NCBI GenBank assembly: GCA_964639785.1
Contig: CAZXEE010000001.1
Coordinates: 243,832 to 307,831 of the forward strand
From: an uncultured Gammaproteobacteria bacterium
Lineage (GTDB): Bacteria; Patescibacteriota; Patescibacteriia; Patescibacteriales; UBA12465
Reading direction: 5' to 3'
Length of the DNA: 64,000 bases
Shown here piece after piece: positions 50,209-59,300 of the stretch. The notes beneath the pieces are model-generated. The model made no database searches and was not told the origin of the DNA. It saw nothing but the letters and a program-made list of their open reading frames with translations. The translations under genes were made by a program, and so were the position numbers. Every line of letters starts with the position of its first letter. Positions within the stretch are counted from its first letter, which is position 1.

Positions 50209-51708
50209 ATGAAACATTCCCAAAAGGCCTTTACTCTCATTGAGCTTTTGGTGGTTATTGCTATCATCGGTATCTTGGCGACCGTTTCGATCGTGGTCCT
50301 GGCAAATGCTCGGGCTAAATCGCGGGACGCCAAAAGGGTAGGTGATATCAAACAGATCCAAACAGCCTTAGAGCTGTTTTTTAATGATAATAACCGCTAT
50401 CCGACTATTGAAGAATGGAATACCGGCAAAATATTTTCTACTTCGACTGGGGCTACTTCAACTTATATGGAGATTATCCCATCAGCTCCGACTCCTTATG
50501 ACGGTTCTTGTAATGAAGCTCAGAACTCTATTTCTTATCAGCCGACTGAAGACGGTTCTTCTTATTCAATTTCTTTCTGTCTGGGCAATACCACTGGAGC
50601 TTTAGCTCCGGGGCCGAAATGCTTGACCCCAGGAGGAGTCGTCGACGTGGATTGTTCTCCAGCTCCGGTAGTTTTGACTTGTAATGAAGATCCGAGCGAT
50701 TGCTCTATTCAATATGTGGGCAATCCCGGCTTTACCAGCTCTTATGGCCTTTATACTTCAATTTCTGTTTATGGTGGCACTCCTTATCTGGCCTATGCTA
50801 ACGGCGGCAGTTCTCTCAAGGCGACGGTTGTGAAGTATAACGGTTCAGCTTGGGAAGATGTCGGTAATGCCAATTTTTCGGCTGGTTCAGCTACTTTTGT
50901 TTCCTTGGCCTTTTCTGGTAATACTCCATATGTGGCTTATCAGGACTCGGCTTATTCATATAAGGCGACGGTTATGAAGTATAATGGTTCGATTTGGGAA
51001 AATGTCGGCGATCCGGGATTTTCAGCTAATAAAGTGGGACAAGATTTTTCTTTCGCAATTAGCAACGGCACCCCATACGTAGCTTACCCTGACAATACAA
51101 ATCCTGGTAACGTGACCGTCATGAAGTATAACGGTTCGGCCTGGGAACTTGTTGGCGCTCAAGGCTTTTCTCCCTTGGCCGGAATAGTATCTTTAGCAGT
51201 TGATAATAATACGCCTTATGTAGCTTTTTCTGATAGTAGTAATGGTTGGAGAGCGACCGTCATGAAGTATAACGGTTCAGCTTGGGAAAATGTCGGTACT
51301 CCTGGTTTCTCTGTCGGGCAAGCCAGTTATATCAACTTGTTAATTTCCAATGGAACTCCTTATATAGCTTATGTCGACAGTGGAAATTATTGGAAAATAA
51401 CAGTCAAAAAATATAATGGTTCGGCCTGGGAAAATGTTGGCAACGCAGGTTTTAGTGGCCAATATTCCAGTGAGGCGGTCATGTCGTTTTATAATAATAC
51501 GCCTTATGTGGCTTATATGGATGGTTCGACCGGAAAGGCTAATATTATGAAATATAACGGTTCGGCTTGGGTGACTGTCGGTGCTTCTAATTTTTCAGCT
51601 GGTATCGCTGAGCATATTTCTCTGGATGTCTATAATGGCGCGGCTTATATTTCTTTCAAGGATGGCGCTTATGGCAACAGAATAACAGTAATGAAATTTG
51701 ATAAATAA
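50209..51708 (+). CDS. Prepilin-type (GspG/PilA-like N-terminus) protein fused to seven tandem ~47-aa repeats
   Basis: MKHSQKAFTLIELLVVIAIIGILATVSIVVLANARAKSRDAKR... A Cys-containing linker follows. Then repeats of TPYVAY.D....KATVMKYNGSAWENVG.PGFS. Confidence 0.75.
   Translation: MKHSQKAFTLIELLVVIAIIGILATVSIVVLANARAKSRDAKRVGDIKQIQTALELFFNDNNRYPTIEEWNTGKIFSTSTGATSTYMEIIPSAPTPYDGSCNEAQNSISYQPTEDGSSYSISFCLGNTTGALAPGPKCLTPGGVVDVDCSPAPVVLTCNEDPSDCSIQYVGNPGFTSSYGLYTSISVYGGTPYLAYANGGSSLKATVVKYNGSAWEDVGNANFSAGSATFVSLAFSGNTPYVAYQDSAYSYKATVMKYNGSIWENVGDPGFSANKVGQDFSFAISNGTPYVAYPDNTNPGNVTVMKYNGSAWELVGAQGFSPLAGIVSLAVDNNTPYVAFSDSSNGWRATVMKYNGSAWENVGTPGFSVGQASYINLLISNGTPYIAYVDSGNYWKITVKKYNGSAWENVGNAGFSGQYSSEAVMSFYNNTPYVAYMDGSTGKANIMKYNGSAWVTVGASNFSAGIAEHISLDVYNGAAYISFKDGAYGNRITVMKFDK
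50713..51705 (+). repeat. Seven in-frame tandem repeats, period ~141-150 bp
   Basis: The recurrent DNA block ATGAAGTATAAYGGTTCRGCYTGGGAA occurs near 50827, 50971, 51121, 51262, 51406 and 51547. Confidence 0.85.
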
Positions 51709-51716
51709 TTATCTAT

Positions 51717-52376
51717 ATGAAAAATATTAAATACTTTATCGTCTTAGCTTTATTCTTTCCCTTGATAACTTCGGCCAAGGATAATATTTTGTTATCCGTT
51801 CCGTTCACCGTCCAGGCGCCGGAACAGGAATGGAAGGATAGCCGTTTCCAGGATGCCTGCGAAGAGGCTAGCGTTTTGATGGCGGTTAAATGGACTAAAG
51901 GTGAGAAGATCACATTAGACAAAGCCGGACGCCGAGCTATCCATAATGAGATTATCAAGATGGCTGATTATCAGCAGAAGAAATACAAGAATTATCACGA
52001 TACTTCGGCCGCGGATACTGCCAGCAGATTATTGAGCGGTTATTTCAAGTATGATAAATGGGAGGTCAAGAAAGATATCACTATCAAAGAAATCATTTCT
52101 TATTTAGAGAAGGGAAAAGTAGTTATCGTTCCGACTGATGGCCGTCTGCTCAAGAATCCTTACTTTACTGCACCGGGTCCGGAACGCCATATGGTCCTGA
52201 TCAAGGGGTATGATTACAAGACTAAGCGTTTTATCACTAATGATCCTGGAACTAAAAGAGGGGAAAACTATCGTTATCCGGAAAAAGTCTTATACTCAGC
52301 TATTGTGGATTATCCGACTGGTTATCATGAAAAGATTTTGAAAATCAAGAAAAACGCTATAATTATCAGCAAATAG
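51717..52376 (+). CDS. Secreted C39-like (Peptidase_C39_2-type) cysteine peptidase homologue
   Basis: Signal peptide. LSVPFTVQAPE...QDACEEASVLMAV (candidate Cys) and later ..ERHMVLIKGYD.. (candidate His). Confidence 0.5.
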   Translation: MKNIKYFIVLALFFPLITSAKDNILLSVPFTVQAPEQEWKDSRFQDACEEASVLMAVKWTKGEKITLDKAGRRAIHNEIIKMADYQQKKYKNYHDTSAADTASRLLSGYFKYDKWEVKKDITIKEIISYLEKGKVVIVPTDGRLLKNPYFTAPGPERHMVLIKGYDYKTKRFITNDPGTKRGENYRYPEKVLYSAIVDYPTGYHEKILKIKKNAIIISK

Positions 52377-52396
52377 GGCCAAAAAGCCCTATTTTT
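52374..52396 (+). terminator. Intrinsic terminator overlapping the stop codon
   Basis: TAGGGC-caaaaa-GCCCTA followed by TTTTT. Confidence 0.6.
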
Positions 52397-52544
52397 GGTA
52401 TATTCTTGAAAATGGCTTGAATATTGCGGTCTTTTTTTAGAAATGCTATAATTATATTAAGAAATTTAAAAAATGTTCATAATTAACAAAGTCTTGGAAA
52501 TCTAATCCGAATTATTTCTTATTAGATTTTCAGGTTCAAATTTT

Positions 52545-52826
52545 ATGGCTAAAATGACAAAATCACAGTTGATGGCTGCTTTGTCCGAAAAAAGCGGATT
52601 AGCAAAGAAGCAAGTTGTAAGCTTCATGGAAATGTTATCAACTATGGCTTATAAAGAAGTTAAGTCTAGTGGAGAATTCGTATTACCAGGTTTCGGTAAA
52701 TTGGTTAAGATCCAGAGAAAAGCTAGAACTGGTCGTAACCCATTGACCGGTGCTGAGATCCAGATCCCAGCTAAGACTGTCGTAAAATTCAAGGTCGCTA
52801 AGGCTGTTAAGGATGCTATCCTTTAA
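52545..52826 (+). CDS. hup: HU/IHF family nucleoid protein
   Basis: ..MTKSQLMAALSEKSGL.KKQV...FGKL.....KARTGRNPLTGAEIQIPAK.VVKFK. Confidence 0.9.
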   Translation: MAKMTKSQLMAALSEKSGLAKKQVVSFMEMLSTMAYKEVKSSGEFVLPGFGKLVKIQRKARTGRNPLTGAEIQIPAKTVVKFKVAKAVKDAIL

Positions 52827-52845
52827 TTCCAAATAGTGACTCTCT

Positions 52846-52884
52846 AAAAGCGAAGACCAACGGAATCTGGTCTTCGCTTTTTTA
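52846..52884 (+). terminator. Intrinsic terminator after hup
   Basis: AAAAGCGAAGACCA-acggaatc-TGGTCTTCGCTTTTTT. Confidence 0.85.
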
Positions 52885-52963
52885 TTTGTCCAATTGACAT
52901 CATCCGTTTCCGGTTGTAAGGTAAGGGTAATTAGTCCTTTTAAACCCTTTAAAACTTTGTATC

Positions 52964-53563
52964 ATGGAAAAGACCAAGAAGAACCAATTGTGGCGTTTGC
53001 CATTATTGATCTTATCGTTAGCCGTCCTGGCTTATAGTATCGCTTTCTTGTTCTGGGGCTTGGTTCCTTGCGTCGGCAAGATCCAATTCTTCGCGGAAGT
53101 CGATTCTAAGTACATTATTCCCGGTTGGTCGCAAACTGTCAGTCTGCCGTTCATCTATTGGTTTATCTGGAATGCCGTCTTCATTTTTATTTCGACAAGC
53201 GTCATTGTCCTGACTGTTCATCACCTGGGCAAGCGACAAGTTGAAAAACCATTGTTGGTTTGGAAGTTTGGGTTGTCTATCGGCCTTTCAGTCGGATTGC
53301 TGATGGCCTTTACTATTGATCCGCTGGTCGGGTTGATCTTGGCGGCCATTATCTGGTTTGCTTTCCGGGAGGAGACAGATCTTCTGGGTAGTATGATTAT
53401 CGGCCTGGTGTTATCTTTCATATTCGGATTCTTGTTCGGCTTCATCTATTCCGTTTTGATCATCTTGTTGTTGGTGATAATCCTGGGAGTCATCTTGGCA
53501 CTTAAGGCCTTCACTGAATCAAGATTGTTTAAAAAGATCAGGGCCTGGGTAGAAGGGGAATAG
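52964..53563 (+). CDS. Hypothetical polytopic membrane protein (199 aa)
   Basis: Five or six hydrophobic helices. A hairpin plus T-run follows at about 53584-53612. Confidence 0.55.
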   Translation: MEKTKKNQLWRLPLLILSLAVLAYSIAFLFWGLVPCVGKIQFFAEVDSKYIIPGWSQTVSLPFIYWFIWNAVFIFISTSVIVLTVHHLGKRQVEKPLLVWKFGLSIGLSVGLLMAFTIDPLVGLILAAIIWFAFREETDLLGSMIIGLVLSFIFGFLFGFIYSVLIILLLVIILGVILALKAFTESRLFKKIRAWVEGE

Positions 53564-53627
53564 CAATCCAAAAGAAAATTTTCAAAGCCATCCAAAGGGG
53601 TGGCTTTTTTATTTTATCCGTTGAGTT

Positions 53628-53654
53628 GAACTATCCGGAATTTCCGGATGGTTC
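53628..53654. repeat. 13-bp inverted repeat
   Basis: GAACTATCCGGAA-t-TTCCGGATGGTTC (one G-T position). Confidence 0.6.
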
Positions 53655-53814
53655 AAGAAAGGATGGTATGGATTTTTGTGGAGCGTGGTAAAAATTTAGT
53701 AGTCAAGGAATTCTTGACCACTGCTTTACTGATTATAATTTGGTGTTCAGACTGAAGACATTAGTCTCTCCCGGCGTACTATTTGGCAGGGACAGTTCCT
53801 GGTTTTTGGATACC

Positions 53815-53843
53815 AAAAAACTATCCTCGTCGGATAGTTTTTT
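53815..53843. terminator. Bidirectional terminator
   Basis: AAAAAACTATCC-tcgtc-GGATAGTTTTTT. Confidence 0.8.
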
Positions 53844-53850
53844 GTCCATC

Positions 53851-54126
53851 TTATAACTTGATATTTTTCCACTCCTTGATATACTGTCCTATACCGTGTT
53901 CGTTTAGTTTGTTCTGGAGCTTGGTGTTCTTGTGGAGGTAGATGATGAGGGAGCTCAGATTGATGAAATAGCGGTTGCCCTTGACCTTGAATTCGAGATC
54001 CTTCTTGATGGCCCGACGGATGGTCTTGGTCTGGACTCCGCCGATCTTGGCGGCCTCGGAGACCGAGAGCCAGAGGGGGTTCTCGACGTTAATTTCGGTT
54101 TTGGGGCTGTTGATAGCTTTCTCCAT
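53851..54126 (-). CDS. Small helix-turn-helix DNA-binding protein (excisionase/MerR-type HTH_17-like)
   Basis: ..WLSVSEAAKIGGVQTKTIRRAIKKDLEFKVKGNRYFI.. fits the excisionase-family HTH pattern. 91 aa. Confidence 0.55.
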   Translation of the reverse strand: MEKAINSPKTEINVENPLWLSVSEAAKIGGVQTKTIRRAIKKDLEFKVKGNRYFINLSSLIIYLHKNTKLQNKLNEHGIGQYIKEWKNIKL

Positions 54127-54206
54127 ATGGGTGAGAAAAAAGTGAAATTTTTATCTATTTTTTTAGTTCGATTTTAGTCCTGGTTTTTTGGGTCAAAGCT
54201 CTCCTG

Positions 54207-54299
54207 GACTTAAGTCGGAAAGAGGCAGGAATCAAGGTTTGAAAAAGCTTTGATTTTTTCAATTTTTAGGGACTTAAGTCTAGGAATTTTTAGACTTAA
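54207..54299. promoter_or_regulatory. Repeated palindrome GACTTAAGTC (two perfect copies plus one half-site)
   Basis: Perfect copies at 54207-54216 and 54271-54280. GACTTAA at 54293-54299. They lie between the divergent HTH and sigma genes. Confidence 0.45.
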
Positions 54300-54349
54300 A
54301 CCAGTATTTATTCATATTAGCACAGTTATTGTTTTAGTCAAATGATCGC

Positions 54350-54377
54350 TTGATTTTCTCCTTTGTTATGATAGAAT
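54350..54377 (+). promoter_or_regulatory. Sigma70-type promoter of the sigma-factor gene
   Basis: TTGATT-N16-TAGAAT, about 50 nt upstream of ATG 54429. Confidence 0.4.
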
Positions 54378-54428
54378 TCCTACTGTAACATTTTGGCAAA
54401 TTCATCGTATTATTAATTGGAAAATAAA

Positions 54429-54998
54429 ATGACCAGTCGTAACCCCGTACAAAAATTTAAAGAGAGGAATTTATTTTCCCGCTTGAAAAAGAAGGACAAG
54501 GATGCTTTTATTGAAGCCTACGATTTGTATGTTGATGACATCCATCGCTTTGTCTATTTCAAGATCGGAAACAAGGAAGAGGCCAACGATTTGACCTCCA
54601 TCATCTTTTTGAAAACTTGGGAGTACATCAAGAATAATTCGCTCACCGATAGCCGGACATTGCGCGCCCTCTTATATAAGGTGGCTCGCACTTCCATCAT
54701 CGATTACTATCGTCAGAACCAGGCAGTCTCATCACTCGATGATGAGAACCATCCGATCGATGTCGTCGATGAAGGCCAGAGCGTGATCGAACAGATTAAT
54801 CTGAATTCTGATTTGGAAATCATCCGGAAGAAATTGCCGGAGCTCAAGATGGAATATCGCGAGGTGATCATCATGCGCTTCATCAATGACTTGGAGCTGG
54901 AAGAGATCGCTGAGATCACCGGCAAGACCAAGGGCAATGTCCGGGTTCTCCTGTTCCGCGCCTTGAAGGCGCTCAGGGAATCGATCGAAGAAAAATAA
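54429..54998 (+). CDS. ECF-type sigma-70 family sigma factor (alternative TTG start at 54417)
   Basis: Region 2 ..FIEAYDLYVDDIHRFVYFKIGNKEEANDLTSIIFLKTW... Region 4 ..YREVIIMRFINDLELEEIAEITGKTKGNVRVLLFRALKAL.. Confidence 0.85.
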   Translation: MTSRNPVQKFKERNLFSRLKKKDKDAFIEAYDLYVDDIHRFVYFKIGNKEEANDLTSIIFLKTWEYIKNNSLTDSRTLRALLYKVARTSIIDYYRQNQAVSSLDDENHPIDVVDEGQSVIEQINLNSDLEIIRKKLPELKMEYREVIIMRFINDLELEEIAEITGKTKGNVRVLLFRALKALRESIEEK

Positions 54999-55008
54999 AA
55001 ATAATATT

Positions 55009-55743
55009 ATGACCGACAGGGAACTGATCAAAAAATTGAATAACCTGAATAACGTTAAACCCGATGAAAGCTGGAAAGCTAGTCACCGGGAGATTTTGCT
55101 TTCCCAGGTCGAGAATACTAGTGGTGATTTCCATGTTTCCAAGATGGAGAATGTCTGGATGCTGACTCGCAACTTCTTGGCTTCCGTACCGCAGTTCGCT
55201 TACGCCTCTTTAGCTATCGTTGTCTTCTTGGCTACTGGAATCTTCTTTGGCGATAGATTGCCGGTCGGTCCTAACAATTCCTTATTCATCGCCCGGACCA
55301 TCAGCGAGAGAGCTAAGTTGAGCACTATGTCCGATGGAGAAGCTAAGAGCCGTTTGACTGTCCAATATGCTTCCGAGCATGCCCAGGACATCGCCAACAC
55401 TTTGTCAGAGAACAAGAGCGATGCTAACCAGGATGAAGTAGCTAAATTGAATACCACTTTCAAGACTGAGATCGCTAAGGTAAAAGAGAACTTGCCAGCT
55501 GCGAAGAATACTGATGATGAAGTCGTGACCATCGCTGAGTCTGATGTCGCTACCACCGGCTTATCCGTCTATGCTAATCCAGAGACTGGTGATAATAAAG
55601 GAGTGGTTGCTAGCTCAACACCGGTTGAGACCAAGAAAGATCCGAAGACTATTTTAGATGAAGCTGAGAAATTATTTGACGCCAAGGATTATTCCGGCGC
55701 TTTGGATAAATTGAAAGAGGCAGACGAGGTCATCAAGCAATAA
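55009..55743 (+). CDS. Membrane-anchored protein, putative anti-sigma factor
   Basis: Lies directly after the sigma gene. Short cytoplasmic N-terminus, single TM FAYASLAIVVFLATGIFF, and an acidic extracytoplasmic part. Confidence 0.4.
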   Translation: MTDRELIKKLNNLNNVKPDESWKASHREILLSQVENTSGDFHVSKMENVWMLTRNFLASVPQFAYASLAIVVFLATGIFFGDRLPVGPNNSLFIARTISERAKLSTMSDGEAKSRLTVQYASEHAQDIANTLSENKSDANQDEVAKLNTTFKTEIAKVKENLPAAKNTDDEVVTIAESDVATTGLSVYANPETGDNKGVVASSTPVETKKDPKTILDEAEKLFDAKDYSGALDKLKEADEVIKQ

Positions 55744-56063
55744 TCAATAGGACTTTGAAAATAAGCCGACGAGAATTGGTTTTTTATCGTTATCGTTAGT
55801 ATGGATCTGGAGCGAGATTGGTTCAGTCTCCCTGCAAATCCATATTAGTTCTGGAATTCGTTCCGGGATTGATCGGATTAACGAAACCGCGCAAGGTCGA
55901 TTTTCGATGTTAATCGAAAAGGTTTTGTTCTTAACACAATTCGCTCGTTGGATCTTAAAGATTTCCAATCTTTCCTAAGAAGGTATCTTCCATTTCACTT
56001 TAGCTTAAGGTGAAGTCGGGACCATTGGCTTTTAGGGAAGGAGTAAACCAACTAAGCTTTTTT

Positions 56064-56163
56064 CCGCGCGCTTATACATATAAGATGTATGTACTAAAGT
56101 CAGCGCTGGAGGCAAAAATTATTCCCATGATTTTTTCCCCTGCTTATATCTATAAGCGCGCGG
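56064..56163. repeat. 13-bp perfect inverted repeat enclosing ~75 nt
   Basis: CCGCGCGCTTATA (56064-56076) and TATAAGCGCGCGG (56151-56163). Each arm also belongs to a local palindrome: CTTATACATATAAG at 56071 and CTTATATCTATAAG at 56143. Confidence 0.85.
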
Positions 56164-56317
56164 GGAAGCGGGATTCCGGTTGATTTGCTGCCTACCCCTA
56201 TCAAGGCTTAATCATCCTGATATTAGCTACGGCTGATAGAGAGATAGATTATTCCGGATCGGGAAGGAGGAAAAGATCTTTGAGACTTATCTGACGAGTC
56301 AATTTCCTTCACGAAGA

Positions 56318-56341
56318 TAATATCCATCTATATGGATATTA
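56318..56341. promoter_or_regulatory. Perfect 10-bp inverted repeat just upstream of the surface-protein ATG
   Basis: TAATATCCAT-ctat-ATGGATATTA, ending 22 nt before ATG 56364 and overlapping a possible GATAAT -10 element. Confidence 0.45.
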
Positions 56342-56363
56342 CCCAAGTGACTTAAATCAAATT

Positions 56364-59300
56364 ATGAAAAACTTACGCAAATTCTTTGCAGTAAGCGTCA
56401 TGGCTTTGACTATCTTCGCTATGTCCGGTATTAGCCCAGTAAAGGCTAGTGCACAGGCTGGTGATTTAATCAAGAAAGACGGTTTATCAACCGTTTATTA
56501 CCTTGGTGCTGATGGCAAGAGATATGTATTCCCTAACGATGCTACCTATTTCTCATGGCATAAGGATTTTTCAGGTGTAGTAACTGTTTCTGCAACTGAA
56601 TTATCTTCTTATCCTTTAGGTGCAAACATCGTAATTCGTCCTGGTACTAAATTAGTAAAGATCACTACTGATCCTTCTGTTTATGCTGTCGAAGCTAACG
56701 GTGTTTTGAGAAAGATCCAGAGTGAATCTGACGCTATTGCTCTTTACGGCTCTAACTGGGCTAAGAGAGTAGTTGACGTTGCTGATTCATTCTTCACCAA
56801 CTACACTATCGGTACTCCATTACCTACAGGAACTGTTCCTGCTGGTTCATTGGTAAAGACTGCTGGTGCTGCAACTATCTACTACTTCGATGGTTCTACC
56901 TATCGCAGTATCGCTACCGAAGCTGCTTTCAACGCTAACAGATTCGATTTCAGCAATGTTATCACTGTTTCCGCTATCGGCACTTTAGGTACTCCAGTTG
57001 CTGGTGCTGAAGAAATGATCACCAAGGATTCACAGGGTGGTGCTACTGGCCCAGTTGTTACTGGTTCAAACTTAATGGTTTCATTAAGCTCCGCTACCCC
57101 AGCTGCTGCTTCTGTTCCACAGAACGGCGCTCGTGTTCCTTTCACCAAAGTTAACCTGACCGCAGCTAATGACGGTGCTGTTTCAGTAAATTCTATTACT
57201 GTAAAGAGAATCGGTCTTTCTAGCTACACTAACGTTGACAAGGTTTGGGCAGAAAAGGATGGTGTTGTTGTTGCTGCCAAGAAATCAATGAACTCCAATG
57301 ACGAATCAATCTTGACTTTCGTTCCAGCTTTAACTGTTGGTGCTGGTCAGACTGTTTCTTTGGACATCATTGCTTCTTTGACTGGTACTGGTGCTGGTAA
57401 CATCGGCTTAGGTGTCGCTTCCGCTTCAATGGTTAGCGCTTCCGCAGCTTCTGTAACTGGTTCTTTCCCAGTTAATGGTAACTTAATGTCACCAACTTCT
57501 TACAACGTTGTTAATTTATACATTTCATCAACTTCAACTGCAGCTACTACTGTAAAGGTTGGTGATGAAAAAGTAGAATTAGCTAAGGTTGGTTTAGATT
57601 TCAATGGTACTGCTAAAGATGCTGTAGTTAAATCTATCACTTTGAAGAACTCAGGTGTTGAAGATTTGGCTTCTGCTGCTATGAATCTTTACTTAGAATA
57701 CAATGGTAATAAGGTTTCCGAATCTACCGTTGTTAGTGGTCGTTACGTAACCTTCAACATGCCAGCCGCTGGTTTCGACATGTTAAAGGATGATGGTCAG
57801 AAATTGTTCTACGTTAAAGGTGATGTAGTTTCAAAAGCAAACACTGCTTCTGATAGCTTTACCTTCACTGTAAACAAGAGCACTGATGTTGTAGTTATTG
57901 AAAAAGCTACTGGTTTCGGTGCTAACGTTTACACCACTTCTAATGGTTCTACCGTTGCTGATGCTTATCCAATCTCTAGCGTTACTATTGACGCTGGTGC
58001 TTTGTCTGTTTCTAAGAAAACAACTTCCCCTTCTGATACCACTATCATCAAGGGTTCTGATAACGTTGTTTTATTAGCAAACATCAGAGCTGATGAAGCT
58101 ATCGTAGCTGACGGTTTGAAATTGATCTACGGTTCTAACGGTTCTAACGCTACTACCACTGATCAATTCGAGAATGTAAGAGTTTACGTTAATGGTAATC
58201 TTTTAGATTCTTTCGATCCTGCTTCCAGCACCAGCGCTTTGATCACTAAATCAATTGACAGCAATGTTTCATTGAATAAGGGTGATAACGAAGTTAAGGT
58301 AATGGTAAAGGCTAAATCTAATGCTACTGCAGCTTCTGCTTTCATGGCTAAATTAGATGGCACTACTATCTTTGCTGGAATGAATGGTGAATATGTAAGC
58401 TCTGGTAATGCAATTGCTAACCCAAGTGGTTCTGCAACCGGTGCTATCTTCACTGTTCAGGGTGCAAACTTGACCACTGTTAGAAATGATGGTTACTCCA
58501 ATGGTAAGATCATCGTTCGTGGTGGAAGTGATGTATCTTTGGGCAAATTTACTTTAAAGGCTGGCAATGACAGCGTTAAAGTAACTTCTATCGCTTTGGC
58601 TTCAAGCACTGGTACCACTTCAGCTTCTTATATCTCTGATATGAAGTTGTTTGTTGATGGTGTCCAGGTTGGTAATACCGTTGACTTCGGTTCAACTGGT
58701 GCTACCTTCTCTAGCTTGAATTTCACCATTGCTAAAGATGCTACTAAGAGCATTGAATTGAAAGGTTCTTTCGATTCTTCCGCTGCTGGTGCAGCTAATG
58801 GTTTCCAGACTGTTATGACCATTAATGCACAGGATTCCAGAGGCACTACTGTCACTGGTCCTTCCATCACTGGTACTACTGTTCAGTTCGCTATTTCAGA
58901 ACAGGGTTCTTTGAACCTGGCTGTTAATGGTGATACTCCAAGTGCCGGTATGTTAGCTACCAATGCTTCCGAGCATGAAGTTGCTCAATTCAAATTTACC
59001 TCTATCGATGATAGCGCTAATTTGACTGAGATCACTTTAGGTAACTATGCTACCTCTGGTGCTGCAATCACTACCTCTACCGATTCTAGAATTTCTGCTA
59101 TCAAATTATATGATGGCACCACTTTAATCGATAGCTTTGTTCCAGTTAATGGAGAAGGTACCTTCACTATTAGTGATAACAAGGTTAGTCTTGCTGCTAA
59201 CACCCAGAAAGTATTGTCTGTTAAGGTTGTTTTAAACAACATCGTTAATGACAATACCGCTACTGACAAAGACTTGAGATTTATGATCACTGATTATCAA

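Larger units (their letters stand above)
55744..56363 (+). other. 620-bp ORF-poor, hairpin-dense region (long 5' leader or independent structured RNA)
   Basis: No credible ORF on either strand. By eye the GC content resembles coding DNA rather than the AT-rich spacers elsewhere. Many local and long-range inverted repeats. Confidence 0.5.

Noticed and set aside
55744-55968. 74-aa minus-strand ORF in the long non-coding region
   Set aside because: It has no promoter or RBS, no motif and an odd composition. It lies in hairpin-dense DNA that is better explained as RNA or a regulatory region.
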